Source of the DNA: an uncultured Acidobacteriota bacterium
GTDB lineage: Bacteria; Acidobacteriota; Vicinamibacteria; Fen-336
DNA length: 64,000 bases
Direction of reading: 5' to 3'
Assembly (NCBI GenBank): GCA_963720545.1
Contig: OY970399.1
Span: forward strand, 4,000,001-4,064,000
The first letter of the stretch is position 1. The number at the start of each line of letters is the position of its first letter. Of the stretch, positions 1 to 8,686 are shown piece by piece. The notes below the pieces were generated by a model, which saw only the letters and a program-made list of their open reading frames with translations, did not search any database and had not been told where the DNA came from. A program made the translations under genes and the position numbers.

Positions 1-1414
1 CGTCCTGCTGGTGGACGACGAGGAGGCGATCCGCTCTTCGCTCAGCATGATCTTCGAGTACGCGGACTACCAGTGCATCATGGCCACGAACGGGCCGCAG
101 GCGCTGAAGCTCCTCGAAGTGGAAGACGTGGACCTCGTCATCCTCGACGTCAAGATGGCGCAGATGGACGGCCTCGAGGTGCTGCGCGAGCTGAAGGCGC
201 GCCCCGATGCGCCGCCGGTCATCATTCTTTCCGGCCACGGCAACGTCAAGACCGCGGTGGAAGCGACCAAGCTCGGCGCCTTCGACTTCGTCGAGAAGCC
301 GCCCGATTCCGACCGCCTGCTGCTGGTGGCGCGCAACGCCCTGGAGCAACGCAAGCTGAGCGAGGAGAACCGCCGGCTCAAGCTCAGCTTCGACAACCGC
401 TACCGCATGGTGGGAAAGAGCGCCGCCCTCGACCGTGTGTTCGATTCCATCAAGCGCGCCTCGCCCACCAACGCCACGGTGCTCATCACCGGCGAGAGCG
501 GCGTCGGCAAGGAACTGGTGGCCCGCGCCATCCACCGCAACAGCGCGCGCCGCGACGAGGCGTTCGTCCAGGTCAACTGCGCGGCGATCCCCGAGGAGCT
601 CATCGAGAGCGAGCTGTTCGGCCACGAGAAGGGCTCGTTCACCGGCGCCACCGAGAAACAGATCGGCAAGTTCGAGCTGGCCCACAAGGGCACGATCTTC
701 CTCGACGAGGTGGGCGACATGAGCCTGAAGACGCAGGCCAAGGTGCTGCGCGTCCTGCAGGAAGGCGAGGTCGAGCGCATCGGCTCGCAGCGCACCATCG
801 AGGTGGACGTGCGGGTGATCGCCGCGACCAACAAGGACCTGCAGGAAGCCATCCAGCGCAACGAGTTCCGCGAAGACCTGTTCTTCAGGCTGTCGGTCAT
901 TCCGCTGCGCGTGCCGCCGCTGCGCGAGCGCCCGGAAGACATCGACGCGCTGGTCGCCAACTTCGTGGCGCAGTTCGCGAGCGAGAACAACGTGCGTCCG
1001 CGCAGCTTCAGCAAGGACGCGATGGATGCCCTGCGCCGCCAGCAGTGGCGCGGCAACATCCGCGAGCTGAAGAACACCATCGAACGCCTGCTGATCATGA
1101 GCGAGGGCGACGAGATCCGCCCCGAGCACCTCGCCGGCATCGCGCTGCCGCCGCGCCATGCGCAGCCGCCCCAGGACAATGTCCCCTCCAGGGAGCAGGG
1201 CGCTGCCGTGGCCCCGGCGTCGGACTCAACTTCGCAAAGCGCCACCGGCACCCTCAAGGACTTCAAGGAAACTGCCGAGCGGGCGTTCATCGTGCAGAAG
1301 CTGCGCGAGAACCGCTGGAACATCTCGCAGACCGCCACCGCCATCGATACGCCGCGCTCCAACCTCTACAAGAAGCTCGAGCAGTACGAGATCACAGAGG
1401 AAAAGGACGGCTAG
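1..1414 (+). CDS. Sigma-54-dependent response regulator (NtrC/NtrX family), 5' end truncated by window edge
   Basis: Receiver domain (VLLVDDE...DVKM), AAA+ Walker [15 protein letters not shown] variant of [22 protein letters not shown]-terminal Fis-type HTH. The frame is open to the window start. Confidence 0.93.
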   Translation, partial: VLLVDDEEAIRSSLSMIFEYADYQCIMATNGPQALKLLEVEDVDLVILDVKMAQMDGLEVLRELKARPDAPPVIILSGHGNVKTAVEATKLGAFDFVEKPPDSDRLLLVARNALEQRKLSEENRRLKLSFDNRYRMVGKSAALDRVFDSIKRASPTNATVLITGESGVGKELVARAIHRNSARRDEAFVQVNCAAIPEELIESELFGHEKGSFTGATEKQIGKFELAHKGTIFLDEVGDMSLKTQAKVLRVLQEGEVERIGSQRTIEVDVRVIAATNKDLQEAIQRNEFREDLFFRLSVIPLRVPPLRERPEDIDALVANFVAQFASENNVRPRSFSKDAMDALRRQQWRGNIRELKNTIERLLIMSEGDEIRPEHLAGIALPPRHAQPPQDNVPSREQGAAVAPASDSTSQSATGTLKDFKETAERAFIVQKLRENRWNISQTATAIDTPRSNLYKKLEQYEITEEKDG

Positions 1415-1466
1415 AGACGACTGACGTTTTCCTGTTTTATTGTGGGCTTGTCGGAGAAATACCGCC

Positions 1467-1748
1467 ATGGCCAGCAACGGAACGGACACCGAAAACGCCA
1501 TCCGCAACACCATCCTGCTCGCGCACAACCCTGCCGCGAACGAACGCGGTGAGCGCCAGGACCTGGCGGTGCTTCAGTGGGTCGCCCTTGTTTCCGAGAG
1601 GTTCGGAATCTCCCAGGATCACGCGATGACGGTGTATGCCGGGCTCTTCAACGACCGCCTGCTCCAGACCGGCAATGCGCTCGGCTTCTCGGCGCTGACC
1701 GACAAAGGCGCAGCCCACGTCATGAAGTTGCGCGGCGCAAAAAAATAG
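1467..1748 (+). CDS. Hypothetical protein (93 aa), possibly winged-helix-like
   Basis: GGAG at 1453-1456 before ATG 1467; fills the gap between two genes; ends at a terminator hairpin. Confidence 0.55.
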   Translation: MASNGTDTENAIRNTILLAHNPAANERGERQDLAVLQWVALVSERFGISQDHAMTVYAGLFNDRLLQTGNALGFSALTDKGAAHVMKLRGAKK

Positions 1749-1770
1749 CTCCGCAGGAGCGGAGCTATTT
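1739..1770. terminator. Likely bidirectional intrinsic terminator between convergent genes
   Basis: Perfect inverted repeat AAATAGCTCCGC-AGGA-GCGGAGCTATTT (1743-1770) with an A-tract on the left, which is a U-tract on the minus strand. Confidence 0.75.
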
Positions 1771-1794
1771 ACGGTCGCTAGAGGACTGCGCCTT

Positions 1795-3369
1795 CTAGTG
1801 CTTCGAAGGGGATTCGGTCGGGGCCGGAGTCGGCTTGTGCGACGGCGGCGGTGTGGGCTTCTTGGTTGGCGCCGGAGTCGGCCGGCGGCCGGGGGCCGGA
1901 GTCGGCTGTTGGCGGTCCTTGTTGCGCTGATCCGACTGCGCATCGCGGGCACGCTTCTCGGCATCGGCGTCGCGTTGGCGTCGTGCGCGCTCCCGCTCCT
2001 GGTCGGCCTGCTGATCGTGCTGCGGCGGCGGCGTTGGCCGGTCGCGTTGAACGCGGTCGTTCTCCGGTTTCGGTGACGGCGTCGCCGGGCGACGATCGCG
2101 CTCGACACGGTCGCGGGGGTTGTCCGGCTTTGCGGTCGGCTCCGGCGTCTGCGGGCGACGCTCGCGGTTGACACGCTCCGGCTGCTGCGTCGGCTCGGGG
2201 GTCGGCTGGCGCCGGTCGCGCTCGACACGGTCGCGGGGGTTGTCCGGCTTTGCGGTCGGCTCCGGCGTCTGCGGGCGACGCTCGCGGTTGACACGCTCCG
2301 GCTGCTGCGTCGGCGCCGGGGTCGGAGTCTTCTGCACGTTAGGACGCGGGTTGCGTTGTGGCTCCTCGCGAGCGTCGCGGCGCGGCGTTTGCGGCTCCTG
2401 GTCGCGTGCGCGCGGCCGGTCGTTGCCGCCCTGCTGCGCGGCTTCCTTGGCGCTGACCTCGGCCTTGGGCTGCTGCCGGCGCTGCTGTTCGCGTTCCTTG
2501 CGCTGCTCTGCGAGGCGCGGTGGCGGCTGTTCGCCCTTCACCAGGCTGCGGCCCTGGGCCGGCTTCTTGTCGGGCGCGGCCTTGATCTGCGGGCGGAACA
2601 CGGCGACTTCGCCAGCGCGCTGGCCACCGCCGCGCACTTCGTTCACTTGCCGGACGTCGACCGTACGCACGCGAGGCACCTTGCGGCCGACTTCCCGCTC
2701 CACGTTGTTCACCTCGACGCCGCGGTTCACCACGCGGTTGTTGATGACCGTGTAGTTGGTGATGTTGGTGGTGCGGTTGATGATGGTGATGTTCTGCGTC
2801 TGCGGCACCACGCGTTGATAGACGCCGCGGTCGAGGAACGAGCGCGCCGGCACGAAGGAGTAGTCGCGTTCGCCGATGAACGCGTCGATGTCGAGCCCGC
2901 CGATGCTGAGGCCGACCCGAGCGCTCCAGCCGGCACGCGGCGGCAGCGGCGCCCAGCCGATGTAGCCGTCGCCGTGGCGCCACGAAACCCAGGCGGGCGC
3001 CCATTCGTTCCCGGGAACCCAGATCCAGCCGTAGTAAGGATCATCGATCCAGCGGCCGTAGTGATACGCGGCCCAGCCGAAGTCTTCGGCCGAATCCCAA
3101 TACCAGCCGTCGTCGGTCATCACCCACTGTCCGCGGGTGTAAGGACGCCAGCCACGTTCCACGCGCGGTGCGAAGCCCCAGCCGTATTCAGGCATCTCCA
3201 CCCAGTCGCCGTAGGGCGAGAGACTGTTGTAGAAAATGCTCACGTCCACGTCGACTCCCGAATTGCGGTCGGGATAACGCGGCTGGCCGTAGGGCTGTGC
3301 GGTGGCCGGGATAACGAGCCAGCCGAGCGCAATCAGGACAAACGTCAGAATGCGTGAACGCATTCGCAT
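1795..3369 (-). CDS. Exported DUF6600-like Trp/Gly-rich protein with long Pro/Gln/Arg-rich disordered tail
   Basis: Signal peptide; LSPYGDW...WRPY...GWAAYHYGRW...WVPGNEWAPAWVSWR...GWAPLPP; SD GGAGAGG upstream. Confidence 0.8.
   Translation of the reverse strand: MRMRSRILTFVLIALGWLVIPATAQPYGQPRYPDRNSGVDVDVSIFYNSLSPYGDWVEMPEYGWGFAPRVERGWRPYTRGQWVMTDDGWYWDSAEDFGWAAYHYGRWIDDPYYGWIWVPGNEWAPAWVSWRHGDGYIGWAPLPPRAGWSARVGLSIGGLDIDAFIGERDYSFVPARSFLDRGVYQRVVPQTQNITIINRTTNITNYTVINNRVVNRGVEVNNVEREVGRKVPRVRTVDVRQVNEVRGGGQRAGEVAVFRPQIKAAPDKKPAQGRSLVKGEQPPPRLAEQRKEREQQRRQQPKAEVSAKEAAQQGGNDRPRARDQEPQTPRRDAREEPQRNPRPNVQKTPTPAPTQQPERVNRERRPQTPEPTAKPDNPRDRVERDRRQPTPEPTQQPERVNRERRPQTPEPTAKPDNPRDRVERDRRPATPSPKPENDRVQRDRPTPPPQHDQQADQERERARRQRDADAEKRARDAQSDQRNKDRQQPTPAPGRRPTPAPTKKPTPPPSHKPTPAPTESPSKH
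2096..2314. repeat. Tandem direct repeat, period 120 bp, 99 bp identical
   Basis: 2096-2194 is identical to 2216-2314 and encodes a duplicated PTQQPERVNRERRPQTPEPTAKPDNPRDRVERD unit. Confidence 0.95.
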
Positions 3370-3440
3370 GATTCCTCTCCTTCTATAAACCCAACGAATG
3401 GGCTTGGGTGCGCTATAAAGAATGACTCATCCCGGATATG

Positions 3441-3456
3441 TGCAAGGTCTGTGCCT
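3441..3456 (-). promoter_or_regulatory. Sigma-54 (-24/-12) promoter upstream of the DUF6600-like gene
   Basis: Minus strand AGGCACAGACCTTGCA = GG-N10-GC matching TGGCAC-N5-TTGCW, about 70 bp upstream of the start. Confidence 0.65.
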
Positions 3457-3510
3457 CGGTCGGGCGTTCGTCAAAGACGGTAAAAGACCGCGCCTGTTAA
3501 GCTAACGGGC

Positions 3511-3902
3511 GTGGAGCTGGACGGACGATCGCCGCCGGGCCCGTACGGCCGGGGGAGGAAAGTCCGGACTCCAACAGGGCAGTGTGCTGGTTAACGGCCA
3601 GCGAAGGTGACTTCAGGGAAAGTGCCACAGAAAACAAACCGCCAAACCGCGCGGCTCGTAAGGGCAACGCGGCGGTAAGGGTGAAAAGGTGCGGTAAGAG
3701 CGCACCGCCGGCGTGGTGACACGGCGGGCAGGGTAAACCCCACACGGAGCAAGACCGAATAGGGAGGCGCTTGAGGCTGGCCCGGCCGAAGCCTCCGGGT
3801 AGGTTGCTACGATCCCGCGGGCAACCGCGGGGCTAGAGGAATGATCGTCGGCCGCTTCCGAAAGGCAGCGGTCACAGAATCCGGCTTACAGTCCAGCTCC
3901 AC
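3511..3902 (+). ncRNA. rnpB: RNase P RNA (type A)
   Basis: GAGGAAAGTCCGGACTCC, GGAAAGTGCCACAGAAA, GGTAAACCCC, ACAGAATCCGGCTTA; P1 ends GTGGAGCTGGAC/GTCCAGCTCCAC pair; U-tract follows. Confidence 0.97.
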
Positions 3903-3939
3903 ACTTTTTTCCGCTTGCCGAATATCCTGGAGGGTTCTC

Positions 3940-4872
3940 TTGAAGGTTCTCGTCACCGGCGGCGCCGGCTTCATCGGCAGCCACATCGCGGAAGCGCTCG
4001 TGAAGTCGGGTCACAGCGTGCGGGTCATGGACAGCTTCTTCGCCGGTCGCAAGGAGAACCTCGCGCCGGTGAAGCGCGAAGTGGAGATCCTGCGCGGCGA
4101 TTGCGCGGACCCGGCGGCGGCGCGGCGCGCGGTGGCGGGGGTCGAGGTGATCTATCACGAGGCCGCGGTGCCGAGCGTACCGCGTTCGGTGGAAAACCCG
4201 CTCCTCTCCGACCGCAACAACTCGACGGCGACGGTGGTGATGCTGACCGCCGCGCGCGACGCCTCGGTGCGCCGCTTCATCTACGCGGGCTCGTCCTCCG
4301 TCTACGGCGACCAGAAGGGTCACGCCAAGCGCGAAGACATGCGGCCGCAACCGCTCTCGCCATACGCCGTCGGCAAGCACACGGGCGAGCAATACCTGAA
4401 GGTGTTTCACAACCTCTTCGGCATGGAGACGCTGACGCTTCGCTACTTCAACGTGTTCGGACCGCGGCAGGACCCGGGCTCGCCTTACAGCGGGGTCATC
4501 AGCCTGTTCGCCACGGCGCTGCTTAGCGGGCGCACGCCGGTGATTTACGGCGACGGCAAGCAGAGCCGCGACTTTACCTATGTGAAGAACGTCGTCGAGG
4601 GCAACCTGCTGGCGTTGACGGCGCCCGGCCTCAAGGGGCAGAGCGTCAACCTCGCGACCGGCGGCAGCGTCACCCTGCTGCGCCTCCTCAAGGACATGGC
4701 AAAGATCATCGGCGCGCCGGCGAAGGCTGAACATCGGCCCGGACGCGCGGGTGACATCAAGCACAGCCTCGCGGACGTCGCGCTCGCGAAGAAGCTGCTC
4801 GGCTACAAGCCGCGGCACACGTTTGCGGAAGGCCTCGGCGCGACGATCGCGTGGTACCGCGATCGTTCGTAA
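3940..4872 (+). CDS. NAD-dependent epimerase/dehydratase (UDP-hexose/UDP-GlcNAc 4-epimerase-like)
   Basis: TTG start after GGAGG; TGGAGFIG, SSSVYG, YAVGK, LRYFNVFGPRQDP. Confidence 0.9.
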   Translation: MKVLVTGGAGFIGSHIAEALVKSGHSVRVMDSFFAGRKENLAPVKREVEILRGDCADPAAARRAVAGVEVIYHEAAVPSVPRSVENPLLSDRNNSTATVVMLTAARDASVRRFIYAGSSSVYGDQKGHAKREDMRPQPLSPYAVGKHTGEQYLKVFHNLFGMETLTLRYFNVFGPRQDPGSPYSGVISLFATALLSGRTPVIYGDGKQSRDFTYVKNVVEGNLLALTAPGLKGQSVNLATGGSVTLLRLLKDMAKIIGAPAKAEHRPGRAGDIKHSLADVALAKKLLGYKPRHTFAEGLGATIAWYRDRS

Positions 4873-6897
4873 TCAGGGGACGATCTTCGCCAGGCTTTCG
4901 ACGCGCGGCCGGGTGTCGGCCTTGAAGTAGTCGGGCACCGCGCTGGCGAGCGCCGCGGCCGCCGCGGTTTCGCTGGCATAACGCCCGTAGGCGACGCGGA
5001 AGCAGTCGCGGCCGCCGTACACGATCGGCAGCACGAACACCTCGCCGGCGGGCGCGTGCTGCGCTGCGTTCACCGCTGTCTGCGGCGCGCATGCCACCAG
5101 CAATTGGACCGTGTACCCCTCGCGCGGAGTGGCGACAGCAAAGGCGCGGGCCGCGCCGGCGACGTCGCCCTGGCGCAGGAGCTCGGCGGCGGCTGCGCTG
5201 GTCGCAACCACGGACCGCGGTGCCGGGGCCGGCGGAGTGGGCCGCGGCGAAACCGTGGCGCGGGCCGCGGGCGGCGGCGGCGTCGGCAGCGCCTCCGCGG
5301 CCGCGCGCCTCGTCGGAGCGGGCGTTGGCGTCGGCAGCGGCTGGGCGCTTCGCGCCGCGGCTGGCGTCGGTGTCGCTGCCGGCACAACAGCCGCAACAGT
5401 CGGGGCGGGCCGGCCCAGCATCTCGCGCGGAGTTGGCGAGGGCGAAGGCTGCAACGCACTGGCCGCGGGCTCGCGGCTCGAGATGTTGAGCCACAGCCAC
5501 AAGCCTGCGCCGGCGCCGGCCAGGAGCAGCGGCGCGACCAGCAGCCCGGGGATGGACGACCGGCGCGCGTGCGCCGTCTGGATCTTGCGCTGCGGGCGGT
5601 GGAAGGTGGGATGGGGCAGCGACGGCGGTGGCAGTGCGCCGGGCGGCTCGTCCCCCGCGCGGTCCGGCCGCAGTGGGATGTGCCGCTCTTCCGTGACCGC
5701 GTCGAAACGGCTGCGGATCTGCGGCGGCGGTTCCTTCGGCCGCGGTGTCGCGAACGAAGGCGACGCGGACTCGGAGACGTCACTCGCCGCCAGGGCAGGC
5801 GGCTGCGGCTCCGGGTCGGGGTCGAAGCGAATGTCCAGTTCCGGCTCTTTCGCGAGCGGCAGGTCGAGCTGCGGCCGCGCCCGGCTGAGATCGAGCTGCA
5901 GGTCGGCTGTCGACGCGCCCACCGGCGTCTTCACGATGGGAGGCGCCGGGCTGTCGAAGTCGAGCTGCATCGGCGGCGGCGGAAAGATGGTGGTCTTGTC
6001 TTCGGCGGAGACTGGCGCGCTGTGCTCTTGCACCGACGGCTCGGGAAGCATGCTGGCGGGCCGCGCGATGATCGTCTCGTTCGCGGGGTCGATGGCGCCG
6101 ATGGGCTGGGGGGCGCGGCTGGGCGTGAGGCTTTCCGGGGCGTCGCTCAGCAACGTGAACGGGTCGAATGGCTCCGGCGTCGCGTCGAGGCTCGGCCCAT
6201 TGATGTGCTCGGCGAGACCCAGGAGCACGAGCGCGGTTGCGGCGGATTCGGACTCGCGCGTGGGCATCCCGAGGGACGCGCCGACCGAGCCGACCGAACG
6301 AATGCCGTCGAAGGCGCGCGCCAGCGTTGCCACTTCGGCGTCGAGCTCGGAAAGGATCGCATCCCCGCCTTCGCGACGGCGCAGCACCTGCTCGCCCGGT
6401 CCGATGACCATTGGCGTGAGGGCCGTGCCGGCGCCGCGGGCGGCCGCCAGGAACAAGCGCGGGGTCGAAAGGCGCAGGTCCACAGCACCCTTCGGCAGGA
6501 CGCCGTCCTCGAATTCGAAGATGCCGACCGAGTAGCTCAGCAGGTCTGCAAGGATGCGCTCGACCTTGAGCTGCGCCGCCTCGGCGAGCTCCTTCTGCCC
6601 GACGATGCCGCCGTCGGCAAGCACGCGCGCCAACGGCTTTCCGGGACCGACCTTCTGCGACTCGTTTTCCACCTCCTCTTCGGAGATGCGGCCGGTCGCG
6701 ACCAGGATTGCACCCAGCTGGTCACGCGGATCGTTCGAGGAGCCGAACAGGATGCGGCCATTGCGGAAGTAGAGCGCCTTGCGATAGGTCGTGCCCTCGA
6801 CGCGCAACGAACCGGTGGCGCCGTGACGATGGAGGTCGGCCACGAGCCGCGGAAATGAACCTGGAGCTATGGTCCCGCTGGCGGGGAAAGGGTTCAT
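4873..6897 (-). CDS. DUF4388 (PATAN-like) domain membrane protein with Pro-rich linkers and C-terminal SPOR-like domain
   Basis: ATGSLRV...KALYFRNGRILF...LGAILV...GIFEFEDG; one TM (LLVAPLLLAGAGAGLWLWL); C-terminal GYTVQL...FRVAYGRYAS. Confidence 0.7.
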   Translation of the reverse strand: MNPFPASGTIAPGSFPRLVADLHRHGATGSLRVEGTTYRKALYFRNGRILFGSSNDPRDQLGAILVATGRISEEEVENESQKVGPGKPLARVLADGGIVGQKELAEAAQLKVERILADLLSYSVGIFEFEDGVLPKGAVDLRLSTPRLFLAAARGAGTALTPMVIGPGEQVLRRREGGDAILSELDAEVATLARAFDGIRSVGSVGASLGMPTRESESAATALVLLGLAEHINGPSLDATPEPFDPFTLLSDAPESLTPSRAPQPIGAIDPANETIIARPASMLPEPSVQEHSAPVSAEDKTTIFPPPPMQLDFDSPAPPIVKTPVGASTADLQLDLSRARPQLDLPLAKEPELDIRFDPDPEPQPPALAASDVSESASPSFATPRPKEPPPQIRSRFDAVTEERHIPLRPDRAGDEPPGALPPPSLPHPTFHRPQRKIQTAHARRSSIPGLLVAPLLLAGAGAGLWLWLNISSREPAASALQPSPSPTPREMLGRPAPTVAAVVPAATPTPAAARSAQPLPTPTPAPTRRAAAEALPTPPPPAARATVSPRPTPPAPAPRSVVATSAAAAELLRQGDVAGAARAFAVATPREGYTVQLLVACAPQTAVNAAQHAPAGEVFVLPIVYGGRDCFRVAYGRYASETAAAAALASAVPDYFKADTRPRVESLAKIVP

Positions 6898-6954
6898 GGT
6901 TGCGAAATTGTAGCATCGGCCCGCAAGACGTTGAAGAATAAGTCTGTTGCGCCG

Positions 6955-7440
6955 ATGCCCTACCTGGTGGACGGGAACAATGTCTGGGGATCGCTGGGTG
7001 GCCCCGCCGGGGTGCCCGACGGGCGGAGCCATGTGCTGAAACGAGTCGCTGCATTTTGCCGGGAGCGTGGCGCGTCCGCGATCCTCGTGTTCGACGGCGC
7101 GCCCGCGCGCGACGGCCAGCAGGAGCAGCGCTTCGGCGCGGTGACCCTGCGCTTTCCGCTGGCGGGCCAGGACGCCGACACGCTCATCAGGCGCATCGTC
7201 GACGAGGCAGCGGCGCCCGGCGACTTCATCGTGGTCACGTCCGACAAGAGCTTGTACTCGTGGTGCCGCACCCGCGGCGCGCGCGCGATGCAGTCGCACG
7301 AATGGAAGAACCTTGCCCGCGAATCGGCGCGCGGCGCGGGCGGCCGCGAGGGCAGCGGCGGTGCCAGCGACGACGACGAAAAGCCCTCGTCCGAACCGGA
7401 CATCGAGGGCTGGCTCGCGAAGTTCACCGGCCCGCGCTGA
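6955..7440 (+). CDS. NYN/PIN-fold (YacP-like) domain protein
   Basis: YLVDGNNV, LVFDG, DADTLI, VVTSDK motifs. Confidence 0.8.
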   Translation: MPYLVDGNNVWGSLGGPAGVPDGRSHVLKRVAAFCRERGASAILVFDGAPARDGQQEQRFGAVTLRFPLAGQDADTLIRRIVDEAAAPGDFIVVTSDKSLYSWCRTRGARAMQSHEWKNLARESARGAGGREGSGGASDDDEKPSSEPDIEGWLAKFTGPR

Positions 7441-7571
7441 CCGAGGCGCCGCACAAATCGCTCATCACCCGCTCGTGCGGCAAACAGTTCTGTGGCGCAG
7501 GGCACGCGCCGCTGCTGGGCCAGGCCGCGTAAGTGCAGGCAGCTCCGGGATGTGCGACGAACCGGCCAGCG

Positions 7572-7587
7572 CGGCACCACGCTTGCT
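7572..7587 (+). promoter_or_regulatory. Sigma-54 (-24/-12) promoter upstream of comEA-like gene
   Basis: CGGCACCACGCTTGCT = GG-N10-GC, in intergenic DNA about 120 bp before the start. Confidence 0.6.
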
Positions 7588-7707
7588 CTGACGGCATGGG
7601 TCGCGCGCCTGTCGTTCCGATGCGACGGGGAACGTATGGGAGAGACGGTCTCCGGAGACATCGGGACGACGGCGCTTCGACATTTCCAATTCCATTGAGG
7701 AGACTCC

Positions 7708-8031
7708 ATGAACGCAATGCGCCGCATCGCCGCGTCGTGTCTCGCACTCGCCATCGCTGCCGGTCCGGCCTTTGCCGCCGGCGCGCCGAAGGCGCTGCCG
7801 GTGGGCAAGATCAACATCAACACCGCTTCCACCGCCGACTTCCTCCTGCTTCCCGGCGTCGGGCCGAAGCTCGCCGCGCGCATCGTCGCCTATCGCCAGA
7901 AGGCGGGCGGCTTCAAGACGACGCGGCAGCTGATGAACGTCCGCGGCGTGGGCGAGAAGAGCTTCGCCAGGTTGTCGCCGTACCTGACCGCCGGGGAAAA
8001 GCCGGCCGCCGGTATGCTGCCGGTGCGATGA
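7708..8031 (+). CDS. comEA: ComEA-family helix-hairpin-helix DNA-binding protein with signal peptide
   Basis: KININTAS...LPGVGPKLAARIVAYR...LMNVRGVGEK; SD GAGGAG. Confidence 0.88.
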   Translation: MNAMRRIAASCLALAIAAGPAFAAGAPKALPVGKININTASTADFLLLPGVGPKLAARIVAYRQKAGGFKTTRQLMNVRGVGEKSFARLSPYLTAGEKPAAGMLPVR

Positions 8032-8588
8032 TCGCCGCAATCGTCCTGGCCGCCGGCTCCTCCACGCGCTTCGGCTCCGACAAGCGCCTCCACGAGGTCG
8101 GTGGCATGCCCATGGCGCGCCGGGCCGTCACCGCGGCGCTCGCTGCCGGCCTCGAGCCCGTGATCGTGGTGTCGAGGCCCGACGACGCGGCCCTGGCCGC
8201 GGCCCTCGCGGGAACCAGCGCCCGGCTCGTGGCCAATGCCGACCCGTCGCGCGGGTCACGCACCTCGCTCAGCACCGGTCTCGCCGCGGTGCCCGCCACA
8301 AACGGCGGTGCAGTGGTGCTGCTCGCGGACATGCCACTCGTGCTCCCCGGGATGGTCGCGGCGGTCGCAGGCGCCCTGCAAGGTGGCGCCCCCCTGGTCC
8401 TGTCGCGTTATGGCACGGTGCAGGCGCCGCCGACAGGCATCTCCCGGGTGCTTTTTGCAGAACTCGACGGGGAGGGCGACGACGGCGGCCGAACCCTGGT
8501 GGAGCGGCACCGTCAGGAGGCCCTGGTATTGGACTGGCCCGCGGAAGCGCTTCTCGACGTGGACACGCCCGGCGACGCCCCGTCCTGA
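8028..8588 (+). CDS. MocA/MobA-like nucleotidyltransferase
   Basis: IVLAAGSSTRFGSDK, LLADMP, DVDTP; ATGA overlap with comEA. Confidence 0.82.
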   Translation: MIAAIVLAAGSSTRFGSDKRLHEVGGMPMARRAVTAALAAGLEPVIVVSRPDDAALAAALAGTSARLVANADPSRGSRTSLSTGLAAVPATNGGAVVLLADMPLVLPGMVAAVAGALQGGAPLVLSRYGTVQAPPTGISRVLFAELDGEGDDGGRTLVERHRQEALVLDWPAEALLDVDTPGDAPS

Positions 8589-8602
8589 AACGCCGCTCTT
8601 GC

Positions 8603-8632
8603 TTGACTGACTACAGCTAAGTGACTTAATCT
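8603..8632 (+). promoter_or_regulatory. Putative sigma-70 promoter of the rpsA operon
   Basis: TTGACT-18 bp-TAATCT in an AT-rich intergenic region. Confidence 0.45.
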
Positions 8633-8686
8633 TGACGGCTTAGCTCGCAAAAAATCCAAGTCCCCAGGGGGTAGTACCAAACGTAT

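Noticed and set aside
2096..2314. CRISPR-like or mobile repeat
   Set aside because: Only two copies, in frame within a CDS, with no spacers or cas genes.
3841..3939. N-terminal extension of the epimerase ORF and the antisense ORF 3497-3745
   Set aside because: Both overlap RNase P RNA; the true start is the TTG at 3940 with a GGAGG SD.
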